This document shows, in pieces, positions 41,850-51,860 of a DNA stretch of 64,000 bases. Below the pieces are notes generated by a model. The model saw nothing but the letters and a program-made list of their open reading frames with translations. It was not told the DNA's origin and searched no databases. The number at the start of each line of letters is the position of its first letter. Position 1 is the stretch's first letter. Position numbers and translations under genes: made by a program. This DNA comes from an uncultured Actinomycetota bacterium (GTDB lineage Bacteria; Actinomycetota; Actinomycetes; JAFAQI01): contig CAVYQE010000001.1 in assembly GCA_963770565.1 (NCBI GenBank), positions 576,001 to 640,000 of the forward strand, given 5' to 3'.

Positions 41850-42787
41850 CCGCCGTGGCGGTGGGCACCGTGCGGCTGGGCACCCGCCGCTCTGCCCTCG
41901 CGCTCGCCCAGGCCGGTGCGGTGGCCGACGCGTTGCGGATGACCGGCCACGAGATCGAGCTGGTCGAGGTCGTGACCGAGGGCGACCGCTCGACCGAAGC
42001 GCTCAGTCAGCTTGGCGGCACCGGCGTGTTCGTCACCGAGCTCCGCCAGCGGCTGTTGGCGGGGGAGATCGACGTCGCCGTGCACTCACTCAAGGACCTG
42101 CCGACCGCGGGGCCGGACGGCATCGTGCTGGCGGCGATCCCGCCGCGGGCCGATCCGCGGGACGCGTTGGTCGCGCGCGACGGCCTCGGGCTCACCGAGC
42201 TGCCCGCCGGTGCGACGGTCGCGACCGGCTCGCCGCGCCGCGCCGCCCAGCTGCGTGCGCTCGGGCTCGGCCTGGAGGTCGTCCCGATCCGGGGCAACGT
42301 CGACACCAGGCTGCGCCGGGTGACCTCCGCCGACGTCGACGCGGTCGTCCTCGCCGCCGCCGGGCTGCAGCGGCTCGGCCGGCTCGATGAGGCGACCGAG
42401 ATCCTCGACCCCGGCCAGATGCTGCCGGCCCCGGGCCAGGGCGCGCTGGCGGTCGAGTGCCGCGCCGACGACCTGGCTCGACGGGATTGGCTCAGTGCGA
42501 CCCTCGATGACGAGACGACGCGAGCGGCGGTGACCGCCGAGCGTGCCCTGCTCGCTGCGCTGGAGGCTGGCTGCAGCGCCCCGGTCGGGGCGCTGGCCGA
42601 TGTCTCGACAGCAGACGCCGGGCCTGATGAGATCTACTTGCGCGCCGTTGTCGCCGCAGTCGATGGCGCCCGCACGATCCGACTTTCCATCACCGGGCCG
42701 AGCAACGACGCTCCGGGGCTCGGGCACCAACTGGCACGGGACCTGCTCGATGCAGGCGCGGCCGATCTGATGGACGGTGCCGCATGA
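41846..42787 (+). CDS. hemC: Hydroxymethylbilane synthase
   Basis: GTRRSALALAQ, AVHSLKD, RGNVDTR, PAPGQG, GCSAP. Confidence 0.97.
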   Translation: MTAVAVGTVRLGTRRSALALAQAGAVADALRMTGHEIELVEVVTEGDRSTEALSQLGGTGVFVTELRQRLLAGEIDVAVHSLKDLPTAGPDGIVLAAIPPRADPRDALVARDGLGLTELPAGATVATGSPRRAAQLRALGLGLEVVPIRGNVDTRLRRVTSADVDAVVLAAAGLQRLGRLDEATEILDPGQMLPAPGQGALAVECRADDLARRDWLSATLDDETTRAAVTAERALLAALEAGCSAPVGALADVSTADAGPDEIYLRAVVAAVDGARTIRLSITGPSNDAPGLGHQLARDLLDAGAADLMDGAA

Positions 42788-42818
42788 ACCTGCAACCCGC
42801 AATGATCGGAGACACAGC

Positions 42819-44396
42819 GTGACCAACAGCCGGACCAAGCCCAAGCCGGGCACCGTGACCTTCATCGGGGCCGGTCCGGGCGATCCGGGCTTGCTGACGG
42901 TCCGGGCGGTGGAGGTGCTGGCCGCAGCGGACGTGGTGGCGCTGCCCCGCCCGCACCTCGACGCCGTTCTTGCCTTCTGCGACCCGGCGGTCGAGATCAT
43001 CGACACCCGTTGCACCGACGTGGCGGCGAGCAAGCCGGTGATCGCCGCGGCCAGGGCCGGCAAGCAGGTGGCCCGGGTGTTCGCCGGCGACCCGACCGTC
43101 CTGTGCGCCTTCGCCGAGGAGGCCGACGCCTGCGCGAAGGCCAAGCTGGACTTCGAGCTGGTGCCCGGGGTCAGTGCGGCGCTCGCGGTTCCGGCGTACG
43201 CCGGGGTGCCGGTGACCGACAAGCGGATCCGGACCGTGCACGTCGTGGACGTCTCCTCGGAGGGCCCCGAGCCGGACTGGTCGGCAGCGAGCGCGCCCGG
43301 CCAGACCTTGGTGCTGATGAACTGCGACGGCGCGGTCGGCAAGGTCGCCGCTGCCCTGGTCGAGCACGGCCGCCGCGGCGACACCCCGATCTCGGTCACC
43401 GTGGCCGGTACGACGACCAGCCAGCGCACCGTGGTCTCCACCCTCGACACGGTCGAGCGCGACACCGCGACGCTCAGTGGGCCGGCGGTTGCCGTGGTCG
43501 GGGACGTGGTCAAGCTGCGCGACCGGCTGTCCTGGTGGGAGGCCAAGCCGCTGTTCGGCTGGAAGGTGCTCGTCCCGCGGACCAAGGAGCAGGCGGCGGC
43601 GCTGTCCGACCAGCTGGTCTCCTACGGCGCGGTGCCGGTCGAGGTCCCGACCATCGCGGTCGAGCCGCCGCGGACGCCGCAGGCGGTCGACCGCGCGATT
43701 CGCGGTCTGGTCACCGGGCGCTACGCCTGGGTTGCGCTGACCTCGGTCAACGCGGCCCGGGCGATCCGCGAGAAGATCGAGGAGCTCGGCCTGGACGCGC
43801 GCGCCCTCGCCGGGGTCAAGATCGCCTGCGTTGGCGACCAGACCGCGGCGGCGATGGTCGCCTGGGGGGTCCGGCCCGACCTGGTGCCGAGTGAGCAGCA
43901 GTCGAGTGAGGGCCTGCTCGCCGACTGGCCGGACTACGAGCCGGGGTACGACGCGCTGGACCGGGTGCTGCTGCCGCGCGCCGACATCGCGACCGAGACC
44001 CTCTCGGCCGGGCTGATCGACCGTGGCTGGCAGGTCGACGACGTGACCGCCTACCGCACCGTGCGGGCCGCGCCCCCGCCGGCCGAGACCCGCGAGGCGA
44101 TCAAGACCGGCGGCTTCGACGCGGTGCTGTTCACCTCGTCCTCGACCGTGCGCAACCTGGTCGGCATCGCCGGCAAGCCGCACACCTCGAGCATCATCGC
44201 GGTGATCGGACCGCAGACCGCGAAAACCGCGGAGGAGCTCGGCCTGCGGGTCGACGTCCACGCCGACTCGCCGTCGGTCGCCGCGCTGGCCGAAGGTCTT
44301 GCGCGGTTCGGGCGCGACCGTCGCGAGGCCGGTGAGCTGCTGCCTCCGGGCAAGGCCAACCGGGCCAGGATCACGCGGGCCAAGAAGTCGAAATGA
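42819..44396 (+). CDS. hemD: Uroporphyrinogen-III methyltransferase/synthase fusion
   Basis: GAGPGDPGLLT methylase domain; PLFGWKVLVPR, LPRADIA, AYRT, FTSSSTV synthase domain. Confidence 0.93.
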   Translation: MTNSRTKPKPGTVTFIGAGPGDPGLLTVRAVEVLAAADVVALPRPHLDAVLAFCDPAVEIIDTRCTDVAASKPVIAAARAGKQVARVFAGDPTVLCAFAEEADACAKAKLDFELVPGVSAALAVPAYAGVPVTDKRIRTVHVVDVSSEGPEPDWSAASAPGQTLVLMNCDGAVGKVAAALVEHGRRGDTPISVTVAGTTTSQRTVVSTLDTVERDTATLSGPAVAVVGDVVKLRDRLSWWEAKPLFGWKVLVPRTKEQAAALSDQLVSYGAVPVEVPTIAVEPPRTPQAVDRAIRGLVTGRYAWVALTSVNAARAIREKIEELGLDARALAGVKIACVGDQTAAAMVAWGVRPDLVPSEQQSSEGLLADWPDYEPGYDALDRVLLPRADIATETLSAGLIDRGWQVDDVTAYRTVRAAPPPAETREAIKTGGFDAVLFTSSSTVRNLVGIAGKPHTSSIIAVIGPQTAKTAEELGLRVDVHADSPSVAALAEGLARFGRDRREAGELLPPGKANRARITRAKKSK

Positions 44397-45385
44397 CGGT
44401 CTCCGGCGGCCGATACCCGATCTCGCGACCGAGGCGGTTGCGGCGCACGCCGGCGCTGCGCCGGCTCGCCGCGCAGGTGTCGGTGTCGCCGGGTGACCTT
44501 GTGCTGCCGTTGTTCGTCAAGGAGTCGGTGGTCGAGCCGACCCCGATCCCGTCGATGCCCGGCGTGGTTCAGCACTCCCGCGACTCGGTGCGCAAGGCGG
44601 CGAGCGAAGCGGCGCAAGCGGGTGTGGGCGGGCTGATGCTGTTCGGGATCCCGGCGGTCAAGGATGCCCGCGGCAGCGGAGCCGACGACCCGGACGGTGT
44701 CGTGCAGCAGGCGCTTCGCGATCTCGTCAGCGAGGTCGGCGACGCGGTCGTAGTGATGAGCGATCTGTGCCTGGACGAATACACCGACCACGGCCACTGC
44801 GGCGTGCTCACTGAATCCGGCGCGCTGGACAACGACGCGACGCTCGAACGCTATGCGTCGATCGCCGTTGCTCAGGCCGAGGCGGGAGCGCACGTGGTCG
44901 GGCCGAGCGGGATGATGGACGGTCAGGTTGGCGCGATCAGAAACGCGTTGGACAGCAACGGTTTTACCGATGTCGCCATCCTTGCCTACTCGGTGAAGTA
45001 CGCCTCGGCGATGTACGGGCCGTTCCGGGATGCGGCCGAGTGCGCACCGCAGTTCGGCGACCGCGCGTCGTACCAGCAGGACCCGGCGCGGCTGGCCGAC
45101 GAGGCGGTTCGCGAGGCATTGCTCGACATCGCCGAAGGTGCCGACATGGTGATGGTCAAGCCGGCGATCGGCTACCTCGATGTCGTCCGCGCAGTTGCCG
45201 AGGCCGTTGACGTTCCGGTGGCGGCCTACAACGTGTCCGGTGAGTACTCCATGCTCGAGGCGGCGGCCGCGAACGGCTGGATCGACCGGGAGCGGGCGAT
45301 CGGCGAGATGCTGGCGTCGGTCAAGCGAGCCGGGGCCGGCATCGTGCTCACCTACTGGGCGGCAGAAGTCGCGGCTCGCCTCTAG
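44393..45385 (+). CDS. hemB: Porphobilinogen synthase
   Basis: RPRRLR, DLCLDEYTDHGHCG, SGMMDG, YGPFRDA, MVKP, AYNVSGEY. Confidence 0.97.
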   Translation: MTVSGGRYPISRPRRLRRTPALRRLAAQVSVSPGDLVLPLFVKESVVEPTPIPSMPGVVQHSRDSVRKAASEAAQAGVGGLMLFGIPAVKDARGSGADDPDGVVQQALRDLVSEVGDAVVVMSDLCLDEYTDHGHCGVLTESGALDNDATLERYASIAVAQAEAGAHVVGPSGMMDGQVGAIRNALDSNGFTDVAILAYSVKYASAMYGPFRDAAECAPQFGDRASYQQDPARLADEAVREALLDIAEGADMVMVKPAIGYLDVVRAVAEAVDVPVAAYNVSGEYSMLEAAAANGWIDRERAIGEMLASVKRAGAGIVLTYWAAEVAARL

Positions 45386-46617
45386 TCGATGAGTGCCTGG
45401 TAGACCAGCTGGCGCAGCTGCGGTCGCAGCGGATACGTGCTCGACGGCAAGAGCTGGGTCATGAACACGACCGCGAGGTCCTCGCTCGGGTCGACCCAGA
45501 ACGCGGTGCTGGCCATGCCGCCCCAGTACGCCTCGCCGGCACTGGTCAGCACCTTCGCCGCGACCGGGTCGTCCGTCACGGCCAGCCCGAGTCCGAAGCC
45601 GACCCCGTCGTACCGGGTCTCCGCCGAGATCGGCCGGCCGAAGGAAGCCAGGTCCGCGCCGCCGGGCAGGTGGTTGCGGCTCATGTAGCGAATGGTCCGC
45701 GGTGACAGCAACCGCTCGCCCTCGAGCTGCCCGCCGCCGAGCAGCAGGTGGCAGAACCGGATGTAGTCGTTGCTGGTCGACACCAGGCCACCGCCGCCGG
45801 AGAGCCACTTCGGAGGATGCTTGAACGGCTCGCCGAGCACGTCGTAGCGGACCTTCTCGGTCAGGGCGGGCGCGATCGCGTAGAGCGCTGCGAGCCGATC
45901 ATGATCTTCCGGCCCGACCTCGAAGCCGGTGTCGTTCATCGCGAGCGGATCGAAGACCCGCCATTGCAGGAACTCGTCGAGGGGTTGGCCGGACCAGATC
46001 TCGACCAGCCGGCCGAGCACGTCGGTCGCCACTGAGTAGAGCCACTCCGACCCCGGCTCGAACGCCAGCGGCAGCGCGGCCCAGGCCGCGACGCAGCCGG
46101 CCAGGTCGAGGGCGTGCGTCGACCCGAGATCGAACCCGGCGTTGCGGTAGATCTCGTCCGTGACGTGCACGCGGTGGAAGGCGTACGTCAGCCCGGCGGT
46201 GTGCGTCAACAGGTGCCAAACCCGGATCGGCTCGGTCGCCGGCACGGTCACGGGCTTGTTCGCCGGGCCGCCCAGATAGACCCGCGGTGCCGCGAACTCG
46301 GGCAGCCAGCGGCTGATCGGGTCGGTCAGCTCGAAGCTGCCCTGCTCGTACAGCATCATCGCGGCGACCGAGGTGATCGGCTTGGTCATCGAGTAGATCC
46401 GCCACAGGGTGTCGGTGTCGACCGGACGACCGGCTTCGATGTCCGCACTCCCGTACGACCTCAGATGCGCGATCCGGCCGCGTCGGCTGATCGTCAGCTG
46501 GTAGCCCGGCAGCCGGCCGTCGTCGACGTAGGCAGCGAAGTGCCGGTCGATCCGACCCAGCCGGGCAGCGTCGATCCCGACCTCGCCGGGGTCGACGTTG
46601 ATACCGAAGTCCGTCAT
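45382..46617 (-). CDS. Serine hydrolase, beta-lactamase/class C esterase family
   Basis: YSMTK (SxxK), LLTHTAG, WLYS, SGGGGL, WGG. Confidence 0.92.
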   Translation of the reverse strand: MTDFGINVDPGEVGIDAARLGRIDRHFAAYVDDGRLPGYQLTISRRGRIAHLRSYGSADIEAGRPVDTDTLWRIYSMTKPITSVAAMMLYEQGSFELTDPISRWLPEFAAPRVYLGGPANKPVTVPATEPIRVWHLLTHTAGLTYAFHRVHVTDEIYRNAGFDLGSTHALDLAGCVAAWAALPLAFEPGSEWLYSVATDVLGRLVEIWSGQPLDEFLQWRVFDPLAMNDTGFEVGPEDHDRLAALYAIAPALTEKVRYDVLGEPFKHPPKWLSGGGGLVSTSNDYIRFCHLLLGGGQLEGERLLSPRTIRYMSRNHLPGGADLASFGRPISAETRYDGVGFGLGLAVTDDPVAAKVLTSAGEAYWGGMASTAFWVDPSEDLAVVFMTQLLPSSTYPLRPQLRQLVYQALID

Positions 46618-46635
46618 GGCTGCAGCCTCGCACGC

Positions 46636-46787
46636 GCCCCACCGATGGGCCATGCGTGTGGCTATAGCCCCACCGATGGGCCATGCGTGTGGCTATAGCC
46701 CCACCGATGGGCCATGCGTGTGGCTATAGCCCCACCGATGGGCCATGCGTGTGGCTATAGCCCCACCGATGGGCCATGCGTGTGGCT
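46636..46787. repeat. Perfect tandem repeat (VNTR), 31 bp x 4.9
   Basis: Unit GCCCCACCGATGGGCCATGCGTGTGGCTATA starts at 46636, 46667, 46698, 46729, 46760; no spacers. Confidence 0.97.
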
Positions 46788-46794
46788 TGCGAGG

Positions 46795-48126
46795 ATGGTG
46801 GTCGTGCCCACCGACCCGGCTCCCGCTTCCACGGCGCTGTTCGCGCGCGCCCAGGCGGTGACGCCGGGCGGCGTGAACTCCCCGGTACGCGCTTTCCGGG
46901 CGGTTGGCGGCGTGCCGAGGTTCATGGTGCGCGGCAACGGCCCATACCTCTACGACGCCGACGATCGGGAGTACGTCGATCTGGTCTGCTCGTGGGGCCC
47001 GACCATCCTCGGGCACGCGCATCCCGCCGTGGTCGAGGCCGCGCAGCGAGCGGCCGCGGCCGGGTTGTCGTTCGGGGCCCCGACGCCGGGCGAGGTCGAG
47101 CTGGCGGAGGAGATCGTGGGCCTGGTCGGGCCGGTCGAGCAGGTGCGGCTGGTCAACTCGGGCACCGAGGCGACGATGAGCGCGGTCCGGCTGGCCAGAG
47201 GGGTCACCCGCCGGACAAAAGTGGTGAAGTTCGCCGGCTGCTACCACGGTCACGTCGACGCGCTGCTGGCCAGCGCCGGAAGCGGGGTCGCGACCTTCGC
47301 CCTGCCCGACTCGCCCGGGGTGACCGGCGCGACCGCGGCAGAGACGATCGTGTTGCCCTACAACGACATCGAAGCGGTCGAGTCGGCGTTCGCCGAGTCG
47401 GGCGCGGAGATCGCCTGCCTCATCACCGAGGCGGCGGCTGCGAACATGGGGGTCGTTGCACCGCAGCCGGGGTTCAACCAGCGGCTGCGTGATCTGACCG
47501 CTGCGCACGGCGCGTTGCTGATCCTCGACGAGGTGATGACCGGCTTTCGGGTCAGCCGGGCCGGCTGGTTCGGGCTCGAGGGCGTGCCGGCCGACCTGTT
47601 CACCTTCGGCAAGGTGATGAGCGGCGGGCTGCCGGCCGCCGCCTTCGGCGGCCGGGCCGACGTGATGGGCCAGCTCGCCCCGGCCGGTCCGGTCTACCAA
47701 GCCGGCACGCTGTCCGGAAACCCGGTGGCGGTCGCGGCTGGTCTCGCGCAGCTGCGGCACTGCACCGACGACGTCTACGCCCGTGTCGATGCGACCGCTG
47801 CCACGGTTGCCGATCTCGTCGCAACCGCGTTGCGCGAGGCCGGGGTCGCGCACCGGATCAACACTGCCGGAAGCCTCTTCTCGGTGTTCTTCCTCGACGG
47901 CGAGGTGGTCGACTTCGACACCGCCCGCAAGACGTCCGTTAGCCGCTACGCCGCGTTCTTCCATTCGATGCTCGACGCCGGCGTCTACCTGCCGCCGTCG
48001 GCGTTCGAGGCCTGGTTCGTCGGGGCGAGTCACGACGATGCCGCGATCGATCGAATCGCCGCCGCACTGCCGGCCGCGGCCCGGGCCGCAGCCGCCGCTG
48101 TCAGCAACCCAGCCGGGACAGGATGA
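46795..48126 (+). CDS. hemL: Glutamate-1-semialdehyde 2,1-aminomutase
   Basis: [43 protein letters not shown]; start may be GTG 46804. Confidence 0.97.
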   Translation: MVVVPTDPAPASTALFARAQAVTPGGVNSPVRAFRAVGGVPRFMVRGNGPYLYDADDREYVDLVCSWGPTILGHAHPAVVEAAQRAAAAGLSFGAPTPGEVELAEEIVGLVGPVEQVRLVNSGTEATMSAVRLARGVTRRTKVVKFAGCYHGHVDALLASAGSGVATFALPDSPGVTGATAAETIVLPYNDIEAVESAFAESGAEIACLITEAAAANMGVVAPQPGFNQRLRDLTAAHGALLILDEVMTGFRVSRAGWFGLEGVPADLFTFGKVMSGGLPAAAFGGRADVMGQLAPAGPVYQAGTLSGNPVAVAAGLAQLRHCTDDVYARVDATAATVADLVATALREAGVAHRINTAGSLFSVFFLDGEVVDFDTARKTSVSRYAAFFHSMLDAGVYLPPSAFEAWFVGASHDDAAIDRIAAALPAAARAAAAAVSNPAGTG

Positions 48127-48130
48127 GCGA

Positions 48131-48763
48131 GTGATCGAGACCGTTGTCCACCTCGTCCGTCACGGCGAGGTCCACAACCCCGACGGCGTGCTCTACGGCC
48201 GGCTGCCCGGCTACCGGCTCTCGATCGCCGGCGAGGAGATGGCCGTCCTGGTGGCGAAGGCGGTCCGCGACCGCGATGTCACCGTGGTCCGGTCGTCGCC
48301 GCTCGAGCGCGCGGTCCAGACCGCCGTACCCATCGCGGCCGAGTTCGGGCTCGTCTCGACCACGGACGACCGGTTGATCGAGAGCGACAACATCTTCGAG
48401 GGCAAGACGTTCGGGGTGGGGGACGGCTCGCTCAAGAACCCGTCCGTGTGGCGCTACCTGTGGAATCCATTCCGGCCGTCCTGGGGCGAGCCGTACGCCG
48501 AGGTCGCCGAGCGGGTCCTTGCCGCGGTCGCCGATGCGCGCACGGCGGCCGCAGGCCACGAGGCCGTGCTGGTGAGCCATCAGCTGCCGATCGAGGTCAC
48601 TCGCCGCAAGGTCGAAGGGGTCCACCTCTGGCATCGGCCGGACCGCCGGCGGTGCGCGCTGGCGTCGATCACCTCGCTGGTCTACGACTCGGACCGGCTG
48701 GTCCGGGTCGACTACTCTGAGCCGGCCGGGGACAGCGGCCGCCACCGGGTCGGTGGCGCGTAA
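48131..48763 (+). CDS. Histidine phosphatase family protein
   Basis: RHGE, SSPLERA, VSHQ. Confidence 0.92.
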   Translation: MIETVVHLVRHGEVHNPDGVLYGRLPGYRLSIAGEEMAVLVAKAVRDRDVTVVRSSPLERAVQTAVPIAAEFGLVSTTDDRLIESDNIFEGKTFGVGDGSLKNPSVWRYLWNPFRPSWGEPYAEVAERVLAAVADARTAAAGHEAVLVSHQLPIEVTRRKVEGVHLWHRPDRRRCALASITSLVYDSDRLVRVDYSEPAGDSGRHRVGGA

Positions 48764-48777
48764 TCCAACAAGCCACA

Positions 48778-49371
48778 ATGGTTGCAATGCCTCGCAATGT
48801 CGCTTTCTTCGTCGCCGCGCTCGCGGTGCTCCTCGGCGTCGCCGGATGTGCGGGCACCGGCAACGTCAACACCTCGGTGAGCGACAGCCTCGGCTTCCAA
48901 TACGGCGGTGGCGGCGCCTACATCTACAACGCCGACCATCGCCAGATGGTCGGCGACGTCACCGGTAAGACGCTGCAAGGACAGTCGCTCGACCTGGCCA
49001 GCTACCGCGGGAAGTACGTCGTCGTCAACTTCTGGTCCTATGCCTGTACGCCTTGTCACGTCGAGGAGGACGCATTCGAGGCGGTGTCGCAGGAGTACGC
49101 CGCGAAGGGCGTGCAGTTCGTCGGGGTCGACGAGCGCGACAACAACGTCGCAGCGGCGATGAGCTTCGAACGGCAGTACCACGTCACCTATCCGAGCCTG
49201 TTCGACCGAACCGGTGCTTACACCCTGGACTTCCCGGGTGCGCCGCCGTCGACCACCCCGTTCACGATCATCCTGGATCCGCAAGGCCGGATCGCCGCCA
49301 AGGTGGCCGGCTCGTTAGACCTCACCCACCTGCAGGAGCTGTTGCAGAAGGTCCGGTCGGAGTCGACATGA
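48778..49371 (+). CDS. TlpA/ResA thiol-disulfide reductase lipoprotein
   Basis: Lipobox VAGC, VVNFW..CTPC, YPS. Confidence 0.9.
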   Translation: MVAMPRNVAFFVAALAVLLGVAGCAGTGNVNTSVSDSLGFQYGGGGAYIYNADHRQMVGDVTGKTLQGQSLDLASYRGKYVVVNFWSYACTPCHVEEDAFEAVSQEYAAKGVQFVGVDERDNNVAAAMSFERQYHVTYPSLFDRTGAYTLDFPGAPPSTTPFTIILDPQGRIAAKVAGSLDLTHLQELLQKVRSEST

Positions 49372-50243
49372 CGCCCGACGTGATTGCGGGTGCAGCCCAG
49401 TTCGTCGGCGCCGACGCCGCGACCACCTTTCAGCATGCGGCGTCCGGCTCGCTGATCCTCGCCGTGCCGGTCGCGGCCCTCGCCGGGCTGGTCTCGTTCG
49501 CGTCGCCGTGCGTGCTGCCGCTCGTGCCGGCGTACCTGTCCTACATCACCGGCATGTCCGCGGCCGATCTGGCCGCCGCGCGGCCGCCGGTCAGCGACGG
49601 CCCCGGCGCCTCCGTCGCGACCGAGGCGCTGCGCGCCTCGACAACGGGCGGCCAGCATCGCCGCGGCCGGGTCCTGCTCGGGTCGGTGTTGTTCGTCGCC
49701 GGCTTCTCCTCGGTCTTCATCCTGGTCGGCGCACTCTTCGGATACGCCGGTGCGCATCTCGACGCCCACGAGGTCGCGGTCGACCGGATCGCCGGTGCGG
49801 TGGCGATCGTGATGGGCGCGGCGTTCATGGGCTGGATCCCGGGCTTCCAGCGCGAATGGCGCTTCCACCGGTTGCCGGCCGTGGGTCTCGCCGGTGCGCC
49901 GCTGCTCGGGATCGCGTTCGGGGTCGGCTGGACGCCGTGCACCGGGCCGACGCTCGGAGTGGTGCTGGGCCTGGCCGGCGACCCGAGCACGGGGACTGCG
50001 GCGCGCGGCGCGCTGCTCACGGCGGTGTACTGCCTGGGTCTCGGCTTGCCGTTCATCGTGGCCGGCTTGGCCTTCCGTCGTGCGCTGGGCGCGTTCGACG
50101 TGATCAAGCGGCATTACGCCTGGGTGGTGCGGGGCGGCGGACTCTTGCTGATCACGGTCGGCATCCTGCTGGTGACCGGCGAATGGACGACCCTGTCGAC
50201 CGACCTGCGTGAGGCGCTTCCCAGCTACACGGCGCCGGTCTGA
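49368..50243 (+). CDS. ccdA: Cytochrome c biogenesis protein CcdA
   Basis: SFASPCVLPL, GWTPCTGP, YCLGLGLPF. Confidence 0.93.
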   Translation: MTPDVIAGAAQFVGADAATTFQHAASGSLILAVPVAALAGLVSFASPCVLPLVPAYLSYITGMSAADLAAARPPVSDGPGASVATEALRASTTGGQHRRGRVLLGSVLFVAGFSSVFILVGALFGYAGAHLDAHEVAVDRIAGAVAIVMGAAFMGWIPGFQREWRFHRLPAVGLAGAPLLGIAFGVGWTPCTGPTLGVVLGLAGDPSTGTAARGALLTAVYCLGLGLPFIVAGLAFRRALGAFDVIKRHYAWVVRGGGLLLITVGILLVTGEWTTLSTDLREALPSYTAPV

Positions 50244-50248
50244 TCGCG

Positions 50249-51859
50249 ATGACCGAGACGCTGCTCGACGACGACCCCGCAACCCCGCTGTCGACCCAGC
50301 CAGAGGCACCCACCCGGCCGGCCGGCCGCGGCCCGATTCCCGCCCTCCGCCAGTTCTGGCGCCAGCTCACCAGCATGCGCACCGCGTTGCTGCTGCTCAC
50401 GTTGCTCGCCCTGGCCGCGATTCCGGGCACCGTGATCCCGCAGCGCGGGCTCGATCCGGTGAAGGTCAACACGTTCCTGGCGGCGCACCCCCATCTCGGC
50501 CCGTTCATGGACAAGCTGTCGCTGTTCGACGTCTTCGCCTCGCCGTGGTTCGCCGCGATCTACCTCCTGCTCGCGATCTCGCTGATCGGCTGCCTCGTGC
50601 CGCGGATCCGGCTGCACGCCAAGGCGATGCGCCGCCGGCCACCCAACGCACCGCGATATCTGCTCCGGATGCCGGCATCGACGCAATGGGAGACCGACGA
50701 GACGCCGTCGGAGTTCACCACCCGGGTGCATGAGCTGCTCCGACGCAGCCACTGGCGGGCCGACATCCGGCCGGAGCCGGACGGGGCGGTCAGCCTCGCG
50801 GCCGAGAAGGGCTATCTGCGGGAGACCGGCAACCTGGTCTTTCACGTCGCGCTGCTCGTGTTGCTGATCGGGATCGCGCTCAGCGGCCTCTACGGCTACA
50901 AGGGCACCGTGCTGGTGACGAAGGGGGCCGGCTTCGCCAACACCCGCGAGGCCTACGACGTGTTCCAGCCGTCGCGCTTGTTCTCGGACTCCCAGCTTGC
51001 GCCGTTCTCTTTCACCCTGCAGCGCTTCTCCGCGTCGTACCAGTCGAACGGCGAGCCGACCGCGTTCAACGCCTACATCCACTACAAGAGCTCGCTGAAT
51101 GCGCCGGCAAGGCCCTACGACATCCAGGTCAACCATCCGCTGAACCTGCCTGGCGCGAAGGTCTTCCTGGTCGGACATGGCTACTCGTTGCGGATCAAGA
51201 TCACCAACCGCGACGGGGTGACTGAGTACGACGGGCAAGCCCCGTTCCTCCCCGACAACAGCCAGTTCGCATCACATGGCGTGGTCAAGGTGCCGGCGCT
51301 CGGTGCCGGTGGCGGCCAGCTCGGCCTGACCGGCGAGTTCTACCCGACCGGAGCGGTCGCGGCCGGGGGCGGTCTCGTATCGGCCTTCCCGGGGCCGGAC
51401 AACCCGGTGCTGTCGCTGGCCGCGTGGAAGGGCAACCTCGGTCTCAACAGCGGCGTCCCGCAGTCGGATTACTCGCTGCCGGTGAGCGGCCTGAAGAGAA
51501 TCGGCATCACTCAGCTCACCCCGGGCCAGAGCTGGAAGCTGCCCGACGGCGCGACCGTCACCTTCGAAGGCATCGACCAGTGGGCGACGTTCCAGGTCGC
51601 CCACGAACCGGGCAAGCGGACCGTTCTGGTCGCTGCCGTTCTCATCATCGCCGGCTTGCTCGGGTCGCTCCGGGTCCGCCGCCGGCGGTTCTGGGTGCGG
51701 GCCGTCCCGGCGTCGGACGAGGTCGAAGGCGGGCGTACGGTAGTGACCGCGGCAGGGCTGGCCCGCAGCGATGTCGGCGGGTTCGTCGACGAGCTCGACG
51801 ATCTGGTCGCGCAGATCGGTCGGCCCCCGAACGGGGCACCAGAGACCGAGAGGGACTGA
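50249..51859 (+). CDS. resB: Cytochrome c biogenesis protein ResB
   Basis: WRQLTSMRTAL, SLIGC, GNLVFH, VNHPL. Confidence 0.93.
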   Translation: MTETLLDDDPATPLSTQPEAPTRPAGRGPIPALRQFWRQLTSMRTALLLLTLLALAAIPGTVIPQRGLDPVKVNTFLAAHPHLGPFMDKLSLFDVFASPWFAAIYLLLAISLIGCLVPRIRLHAKAMRRRPPNAPRYLLRMPASTQWETDETPSEFTTRVHELLRRSHWRADIRPEPDGAVSLAAEKGYLRETGNLVFHVALLVLLIGIALSGLYGYKGTVLVTKGAGFANTREAYDVFQPSRLFSDSQLAPFSFTLQRFSASYQSNGEPTAFNAYIHYKSSLNAPARPYDIQVNHPLNLPGAKVFLVGHGYSLRIKITNRDGVTEYDGQAPFLPDNSQFASHGVVKVPALGAGGGQLGLTGEFYPTGAVAAGGGLVSAFPGPDNPVLSLAAWKGNLGLNSGVPQSDYSLPVSGLKRIGITQLTPGQSWKLPDGATVTFEGIDQWATFQVAHEPGKRTVLVAAVLIIAGLLGSLRVRRRRFWVRAVPASDEVEGGRTVVTAAGLARSDVGGFVDELDDLVAQIGRPPNGAPETERD

Positions 51860-51860
51860 C

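Noticed and set aside
45382-46617. Beta-lactam resistance gene
   Set aside because: The motifs fit the broad esterase/serine hydrolase family; the substrate cannot be inferred
46636-46787. CRISPR array
   Set aside because: The units are head-to-tail with no unique spacers, and no cas genes are present
46714-46794. N-terminal extensions of HemL and the serine hydrolase encoded by the VNTR
   Set aside because: The 31-bp period is not a multiple of 3, and better starts lie outside the repeat
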